The notes beneath the pieces are model-generated. The model did not search any database, had not been told where the DNA came from, and saw only the letters and a program-made list of their open reading frames with translations. The translations under genes were made by a program, and so were the position numbers. A stretch of 63,168 nucleotides of DNA, the filler included, from Bigelowiella natans CCMP2755 (taxonomy: Eukaryota > Protista > Cercozoa), in NCBI GenBank assembly GCA_000320545.1. It is 8 parts of 8 records of this genome, joined end to end, with 100 filler letters (N's around TTAATTAATTAA, not from the genome) between each part and the next. Parts side by side here need not be neighbours in the genome. Positions count along the whole stretch, not along the records: positions 45,811 to 58,337 come from ADNK01000364.1; positions 58,438 to 60,221 come from ADNK01003389.1; positions 60,322 to 63,168 come from ADNK01002729.1; 5 more parts are not named here. One strand, written 5' to 3'. Each line of letters starts with the position of its first letter. The stretch's first letter is position 1. This document shows, one piece after another, positions 55,248 through 63,168 of the stretch.

Positions 55248-55552
55248 CTGTGAAATGTACCTCCAGGAAATTTCCCTCCAGCAATTCTCGAGAATTGGGT
55301 TTTGAGGTCGTATCGTAGGAAGCGTCCTGCGTCCGTGGGATGCGACAAACTTCCTTCTGATGTTTTTGATTTGCGTTGTCGCGCTATCGAAATGCAGAAA
55401 TCCCCCGCGATTTCCTTCCGGCGACGACAAGACGTGCGAGTTCCGAAAGAATCTCGCACAAACAGCAGATTCCCGAGCCTTCCGGCCGACACGCCCCCCC
55501 CCCATTTCGCCACCTGTCGCAGCAACAGCTTCCCCGATTCTCACGCAATAAC

Positions 55553-56558
55553 ATGTCGACATCCGAAATGAAACGATTTCAGAGCCAGGTGGAAAGTCCT
55601 CCCGCAGATTGTGGCTGACTGTTGGAAGTGACGATGATTGTTTGTCGCTGCGATCAGGTTGCAGTAGTTACCGGAGCCTCTCGAGGCATCGGGAAGGTGC
55701 TTTTCGATTATATGGCTTTGCGCGAAGGATGATTTGGGAGAGTTTAATTTCGCTATTCCGTAGGGTATAGCAGAACGATTCGGATCTGAAGGAGCGAAAG
55801 TGGTTATTGTCGATATCCAAGACGGGAGCGATGCTGTCAAGGTCGTAGTGAGCAGTCTCCATGATTAAAGTGCCAGCCACTTAGCACCCGCTGATGTTGT
55901 ACAGGAGCTTAAAGCGAAAGGGATTGACGCTTCCTACATGAAGTTGGATGTCACGAAGGAGTCTGAGGTAAGTATCGAATCGTTCGGATTGAAAAAAGAA
56001 GAGACGGATGGGTTACGAGACACAACACAACGCGCGTTCGTATCCACGGGCGAACCTGTTCCAAGATGGGCCAGCCAGACCTTCCATCAACACGCAGATC
56101 GAATGAAAACATGCGGTACAGCATGCTGCTACCCGCGTGCATGTACATATATAAAAACATACAGGTGAAGACTGTCTTCGATAAGATTCTGGAGGAAAAC
56201 AAAAAGATCGATATCCTCGTCCAGGTGGGGATGAGGAATAGGAGGAGAGGGAGAGGGGAGAAACTGTGCTGTGACAAAAGGCTTGATGCTCGTTATTCGC
56301 CACAAAAATCAGGCCGCTGGAATCGTGGGGAAAACTGGCATCAAGACTCATGAAGTTGTTGAGATCAAAACAGAAATCAGAGAAAGAGAGAGACGCGTGC
56401 CTAGCCCTGTTTCCTTAGATATTAAAGGTTTGAGTTGTGCATGCGTGAATGCATTCTCGATGTCGTTCAACCCCAGGTGCAGACCGAAAATTTTGACCTG
56501 GTTATGAGCATCAATTTGAAGGGAATCTTTCTGTGCTGGTGAGAATCGTTTCTGTAGG

Positions 56559-56626
<68 letters not shown>

Positions 56627-57020
56627 TATCCTGTCTCGTCCTCTCTCTAAACACAGCAACCTATCGCTCCCCAATTACCTCACTTCACTTTTCTGCAGCA
56701 AAGCGGTGCTGCCCTCGATGGTGAAGCAGAAGTATGGACGTATTGTCAACATCGCCTCCATTTCGGGAAAGGAGGTAATGGCGACCAAAACAGCCAGCAG
56801 CCACGAGCCTCTTTGGGGACTTACAACAGCATCATTTCAAAATAAATTATTCTTTTCTGCCAACTACTTCGGAACATGTCATCTATGAGTTACATTAGTG
56901 CGTATCTGCATATACCTGCACGCTCGTGTTCGTTGCGCGGTGTTGTGTTGTTCTTCTGGGGAAATATGTGAGCTGCTTCAGGATCTGAGACAGCACAAAC
57001 TTGCACATTGTCTAAAATCC

Positions 57021-57058
<38 letters not shown>

Positions 57059-57569
57059 TACACGCACAATATGCACAAATAGGGAAACGCAGGGATGTTG
57101 GCCTACTCCACCTCCAAAGCAGGTCTCACACAATAGATTTACACGAAATATTGGAAAGATAGCACTGAAAATGTAGACGCCTGCTCGGTTCTGCTGCCAC
57201 ACCAACCGCCATGCCTTTGCGACCGTATTCCAACGCCACGGAGAGTGTTCTTCCTTCTCTTTCTTTTTCTTTGCAACGACCTTCTCTGGGAGATCGACGT
57301 GCATGTTCAATCGCGCCGCTCCTTACGCTGAAAGCCCAACATTTACTTCTTGCTAGCTTCGATCTCGAGATAGTAGTCGCGTTAGAGATAGGGGAAGTGT
57401 CGTGGAAGCAGCCGGGAGAACTGCGACTCGATGGTGCGCATACACGCACATACAGCACTGAAACTCTTCAATCAATAGGGGTAATTGGCCTCACCAAAGT
57501 GATCGGAAAGGAGTATGCAGGTGGGAACAAGAAATAAGAAGTGTTGTGCTTTGATGGCAGTATCTCTCT

Positions 57570-57618
<49 letters not shown>

Positions 57619-57710
57619 TTTCCCTCTCTCTGCCTCCCACACATACACACACCCCTTCTATTTCCTCTTGCAAACTAGAAACGCTTAAGGCGCTCGCAAT
57701 TTGAAGAGGC

Positions 57711-57758
<48 letters not shown>

Positions 57759-57856
57759 TATATGTGTACATCTTCGGGATGATGCTAAGCGATCATAATT
57801 TACAGAGACCGGTGTAACTTGCAACTGTATCGCTCCTGCGGTTGTGCGAACAGAGG
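55553..57856 (+). CDS. Short-chain dehydrogenase/reductase, FabG-like (3' end truncated)
   Basis: [64 protein letters not shown] and VTCNCIAPAVVRTE. Confidence 0.92.
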
Positions 57857-57985
57857 TAATTGAACACTGAATCGCGTGCAATCCTCCCGCCTTTACTACT
57901 TCTCAACTTCCAATTACTCATTCTCTTCCCTATAAATATAAGCAAAACACACACACACACACGCACATCACACATCACACATTAT

Positions 57986-58103
<118 letters not shown>

Positions 58104-58270
58104 GGGCGAGTGTGAGAGAGTGAGAGTGTGAGAGGGGGGGGGGGGGGGCGCGCGCGCGCGCGCGCGCGTGCGCGCGCGCGCGCGCGCGCGCGCGCGCGCG
58201 CGCGAGAGAGGGGGGGCCGGGGTAGCTCTCTCTATCTCTCTCTACCGACCGCTCTCTCTACACACATATA

Positions 58271-58337
<67 letters not shown>

Positions 58338-58437
58338 NNNNNNNNNNNNNNNNNNNNNNNNNNNNNNNNNNNNNNNNNNNNTTAATTAATTAANNNNNNN
58401 NNNNNNNNNNNNNNNNNNNNNNNNNNNNNNNNNNNNN
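58338..58437. other. Artificial contig-join spacer
   Basis: N-TTAATTAATTAA-N. Confidence 0.97.
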
Positions 58438-59073
58438 ATCGGCGAATTCGCCGTTCGTTCGTTCGTTCCCTTCCCCCTCCTCCTCCTCCTCCTCCTCCTC
58501 CTCCCCCCGCACTCTCTTTCTCTCTCTCTTTACTATGGAGCAGGAAGCTGACGTCAAGAAGAAGTCTAGCGGGAGGCAGGGATCTGGCAAGAATGATCTC
58601 TGCCATGTGTGGCTTAATTCATTCGCCCCGAATCCTCCCTAGGTCCTAAAGCTCTCGACAAATTACAGCCCTGCCAGCTCAACCGCCATTGTACGTCGAT
58701 TTTTCAAATGAAGAAGACGAAGTCCGACGTTATGAGGGCAGCTGTAGCCCTCTTCATTTATCGCATGTTTTTTTTTTTTGGAAGCGTGGTTGAAGGGGGG
58801 GAGGGAGCATCCAGTAGTTGTCCTTCGGACTATGCTACATCGTACACATTTATGTTTTTCGATCATTGCCTCTAGACCGCACACATACACACACACACAC
58901 ACACACACTACACACACACAACCACAAACACCACCACCAACAACAACACATTTTTATAAGCATTAATACAGGTATGGCATATATTATGCCATCAATGTGG
59001 CAGATGATCCTATAAATACATAATGTTTTTATGAACGTACGGCTGCGGATGCTGTGTGTGTTGTGTTGTGTTT

Positions 59074-59116
<43 letters not shown>

Positions 59117-59310
59117 TTCATTGATTCTTTTCATCAACTTGTCAGATCGCCTCGTCGAGCTCCGATCATACAGTTAAATTGCACCAGTTCAACTGCCAAA
59201 GTATCACTATGAGTACTACTAGTAGCAACACACGAAAGAATAACGGAAAATCTGTATATTGTTTGGCCATCTACTAATGAACAAGTTATCGCTATAGTGT
59301 GTTAACACAA

Positions 59311-59341
<31 letters not shown>

Positions 59342-59356
59342 CCTCCCTCTTTCAAG

Positions 59357-59433
59357 ATGGATCACTGTCGTACGTCTCAGAGCTGAAAGGGCACTCCAAG
59401 CCAATCACGTCTATAGGGTTCCCCGCTAGCATA

Positions 59434-59482
<49 letters not shown>

Positions 59483-59990
59483 GCATTATATATAATTGTG
59501 TGTGTTTGTGTTTATGCTGCTGTAAGTTTCATCGAAGGAGAGGCGAACGTGCTCTTCTCTAGCTCACGGGACGGCACATTAGCATTCTGGGATATCAGAT
59601 CGGGTATTGCTGCTAGTAAGCACAGTAGCAGCAGCAGCAGTAAGTAGTAACAAATAGTGGCAGTACTAGCGCTGGTTTTATTCCTCTCACACATCTCCTA
59701 TTTCGAGCCGAGATTGATCGAAAATTCTATCCTCGTGCAGCCAAAGCGGTTCGGCACGTTAATGCTCCGCAGAAGAAGCCCCTCTTCTCTGCCACGTGCA
59801 CACAGAAGGTAGTAGGGAGTGTAGAAGCAGTAGTAGAAGAAGAAGTGGCGGGAGAAGTGGTAATTGCACTCGACGTTTTTGAGTTTTCAGTTGAAGGTGC
59901 TATTGCTCTACTTATCCCCTCCCTGCTCGCTCGTCGTTTTTTCCGTGTGTGTCAGGTTGCAGCAGGAGGGACCGAGGAGGACGTGTACGT
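59357..59990 (+). CDS. WD40-repeat protein (WDR89-like), internal exons
   Basis: DGSLSYVSELKGHSKPITSI-FIEGEANVLFSSSRDGTLAFWDIRS-...-VAAGGTEEDVYV. Confidence 0.65.
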
Positions 59991-60221
59991 GTAAGTCAAC
60001 TGACGCCCTTCTAAATCGTGGAGAACAACATGCCTCCTGCTGGTTACATGCCCGCTGCTGTTTCTCTCATCGCCCCCTCCCTCCCCCTTTCTCATCGGCC
60101 GAGCCATTCTCTGCGAAATCACTGCGGAAAAAGCCGCCATCCGCGGCCTTCTTCCTCGTCGCCATCCCCCTCCCCTCCACCCGAGCGCGAGCCGGGTTGA
60201 TGTGTGGTTTTGTCCTGCGCT

Positions 60222-60321
60222 NNNNNNNNNNNNNNNNNNNNNNNNNNNNNNNNNNNNNNNNNNNNTTAATTAATTAANNNNNNNNNNNNNNNNNNNNNNN
60301 NNNNNNNNNNNNNNNNNNNNN
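60222..60321. other. Artificial contig-join spacer
   Basis: N-TTAATTAATTAA-N. Confidence 0.97.
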
Positions 60322-60325
60322 ATAG

Positions 60326-60632
60326 TCAGCAAGCTGCTTGTCTCCTGGTGCGTCGACTCACTGTCCTCTTGTCCCTCAACTCTTGCGTGTCCGCCCTGAT
60401 AGCTGCATACTCATCGTTAGGCGCTTCGAGCTTGCGGTCGATGCCTAGGAGGGGCTTGTGGTCAGTCATTAAGTCGAAGCTGGGCACGGACAGCAGGTAG
60501 TATCTTAGTTTCCTCTGCACCTCAGTCATGGCTTTATACTCTCCTTTAGTAGGGCTGTATTTGGCCTCAGCTGCTGTGCAGGCCCTGCCCCACACCTGTA
60601 TGATCTGATGGTCTTGGGTAAGTACAGCACCC
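60326..60632 (-). mobile_element. Ty3/Gypsy-type RNase H fragment of pol
   Basis: GAVLTQ...VWGRACTAAEAKYSPTKGEYKAM...KLRYYLL...FDLMTDHKPL is the Ty3 RT-RNase H signature. Confidence 0.85.
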
Positions 60633-60653
60633 CCCCCCCGCCCCCCCCCCCGA

Positions 60654-61838
60654 TTAGGCCGCTGCTGTCCGGTGCATGGCCCCCCCCCCCCCCCCCCCTC
60701 CTCCTCCTCCTCCTCCTAGTGCCGTCGTGGAATCTGAGCGCTGACGTAATGCTCTCCGTTTTCTCCTTCGCCGCGTAGCAGCAGCAGCAGCAGTTGTGAT
60801 AGCGGTGGGGGGGGCGACCCTTCCTTCATCTTCCGTGTGTTCTGTTTTGGCCTCGGCCAGCAGAAGGCTAGCACGCGCCTGGCGCTCGAAGTCGAGAATC
60901 TGCGCGGACAACACAAGTCCGGCAACCGACAACAACAACAACAAGTAGTAGTAGTAGTATTAGTATTAGTAGTAGTAGTAGTAGGGATTGCAAGGGGAGG
61001 GGAGAAGCTATGCTACCGATTCGTAAGTGATATTCACGGGCAGCGACAACGTTCGGACAGCTTGAATCTCCTCTATAGCATCCTTATATCGCTGCAGATG
61101 AAACAGCAGACGGGCTCTGAAGTACCTCATCTCGGCCCTGATTCGTCATGTAGAAGAAGCAGCAGCACATCAAAGGCTACATGCATACACCAAGAGATGG
61201 GATTGGGTGTGTTGGTAAGCGACAACACCGCCATCATCACCATTACCATCATCATCGTCATCACCATCATCACCATCATCACCATCATCATCATCATCAT
61301 CATCGTCATTATCACCACTATCATCATCTCCTAATCGTATTATCCGCGAACCTTTCCTCATCAGTGGAGAGCAGAGGCGATGCCGTCAGGTAGCACCCGC
61401 GCTCGCAGTCTCGCAAGGCGCTTTCGAGAAGCCTGAGTCTATCAACAGACGGACGGAGGAACGACGTATTCTTTCCTCATCACGATTCTATTTCAAAACA
61501 ACTAATACAACAATATGCGGATAGGTATTCGTTTTCTATAAGCCCCCCATCGAGACCCCCTCCCCCCCCCCCCCTTAGAGATTACCGAGATTTCTCTTGA
61601 TGCCTGGAGGCGGTATCCATCGCTAATCGCACCTTCGCTTGCGCCCTTCTTAAATACAGTGCTGCTCGGGTGGAGGGGTTGCTATCTACCCCGTTTCGAG
61701 ACAGCGAGATTGATCGACTTAACGTGCGTATTGCGCTTTTGTAGCTGCCTTGGACGAGCTCCTAGGAGGGAGGCAGGGGGCAGGGGGGGAGAAGGAGAAC
61801 GGAGTGTGGATAGGGAGGCGGTTGAGAGTTGAAAAACG

Positions 61839-61875
<37 letters not shown>

Positions 61876-62772
61876 TGTTTGAATCAGTAAATACACTTTA
61901 TTTGGGTCGTAGTCTGATATGCTATCGTTGGTTATCTTTCTTCGTCTTCTTCTTTTCCTTCGATTGAAATTATGCATCTTTGCCTTGACCATCATGCCGA
62001 CGAATGTGATTGGTTGTGGTGTGAAGAAGAGGGGAGGCACAAGGGAAAGGAGCAGCAGCAGCAGCAGCAGCAAACCTGCATCCCCTTCTTGATCAGCATG
62101 GGTATTTCTACGTCTCTGAAACGGGAGGAGGAGGAGGAGGAGGAAGATGATGATGAATAGACAAAGAGCGAGAGATCGTGCTGCTGTTGAAGAGATATTG
62201 TTGTTGCTGTTGTTTACAGGTGCCAATCCTGCTTTATGTTTGTTTACCTTAGCATTCTTTCCGAGCTGCTAGTCATCTTCTGCTCTTTTTCTTCTTCCTC
62301 ACCATTGCTATCGCCCCTGCCTTCACCATGCTGCTTGTTCTCGTCACCATTCCCAGCATTTTCCCCCGGAGTGGGAGAGAGACGCCGTAGAGGGCCGACG
62401 CCTGAGAAAGACAAAGCAGCAGGTTATGATGCTGCAATGCTGCATGGTATATCGTGGTGAAAGCCGTACAATGGGGCCTCTTTGAAGAGCACGCTTCGGG
62501 TGTGAGCGGTAGCAAGAAAATGTCGTTGCCTGAGAAGAGAGAATAGTGATTCTAAACATTCAATGGAGGCGCGGTTTAATAACGATGAGCGCGTTGGGGA
62601 TATTTCCTACTATTATCAACGCCACCGTCCTCCTCCTCCCCATCATCATCAGCAGCATTTTCATCGTCTTGCGAATACGAATGCACACACGCTAACGTAC
62701 CCTCAAAAGGGTGAAATTGGAGAAAGAAAAGCGTATTGTTGGCTCCTCATCAAATATCGATTACGTACATAA

Positions 62773-62808
<36 letters not shown>

Positions 62809-62940
62809 TATATATATAATACACAGCTAGATTGCATATATTCCGACTCGAATAACTTGCAAGACACGTCGTTCCATCGTGGTTCACGGAGAGCTGAGAA
62901 AAGAAGCAGCAAAAGTCGTAAGTCTCCTTTCATCTTCAGA
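60654..62940 (-). CDS. Hypothetical multi-exon helical (TPR-like) protein, partial
   Basis: Protein-like segments between microsatellite introns, e.g. ELVQGSYKSAIRTLSRSISL, ILDFERQARASLLLAEAKTE and DRLRLLESALRDCE. Exon structure not resolved. Confidence 0.35.
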
Positions 62941-62943
62941 TTC

Positions 62944-63000
<57 letters not shown>

Positions 63001-63168
63001 TATACATACATATATTCTATTTTATAACTAATAACATGAGAACACTATAGCACCGCTGTGATCTGCGATAGATCTGGAAGATGCGGAGGGGCGAATTTGG
63101 CGACATGGCCATCATCACACTGCTCATCGAAATCAAGGTGGAGGGGTGGGGGGGGGGGGGGGGGGGGG

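Overview
Eukaryotic nuclear DNA, intron- and microsatellite-rich. It is eight contigs joined by artificial N-TTAATTAATTAA-N spacers, so neighbourhoods are only meaningful within a contig. A signal-peptide plus transit-like leader on one gene suggests an alga with a secondary plastid (chlorarachniophyte-like; inference). Recognisable spliced genes: NEK10 3' end, VPS72/YL1, a CaMK-like pseudokinase, a partial COG0523/CobW GTPase, an SH3 fragment, an SLC35B-type transporter 3' end, a SNF2 helicase, RIOX1/NO66, an O-methyltransferase, an ankyrin/Ubl/NZF protein, HAUS5, an atypical Rab-like GTPase, a FabG-like SDR and a WD40 protein. A young Ty3/Gypsy LTR family is also present (two identical 326-bp LTRs, integrase, RNase H fragment). 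Three observations stand out. (1) Discrete non-coding patches have lost almost all TpA except in TAG/CTA context: about 600 bp with none at 4653-5251, and 21 of 21 survivors are TAG at 44581-45155. This suggests a targeted TpA to TpG/CpA 'inverse-RIP' mutator. (2) A myristoylation-motif/SAM-like protein carries about 9 M-x-N-R repeats fused to a bacterial-type ferritin-like di-iron domain, resembling a self-processing multi-core precursor. (3) The retrotransposon integrase ends in a DIRS-type adenine-methyltransferase-like domain, and both LTR copies abut TpA-depleted patches. All exon structures and family calls were made by eye, without database searches.
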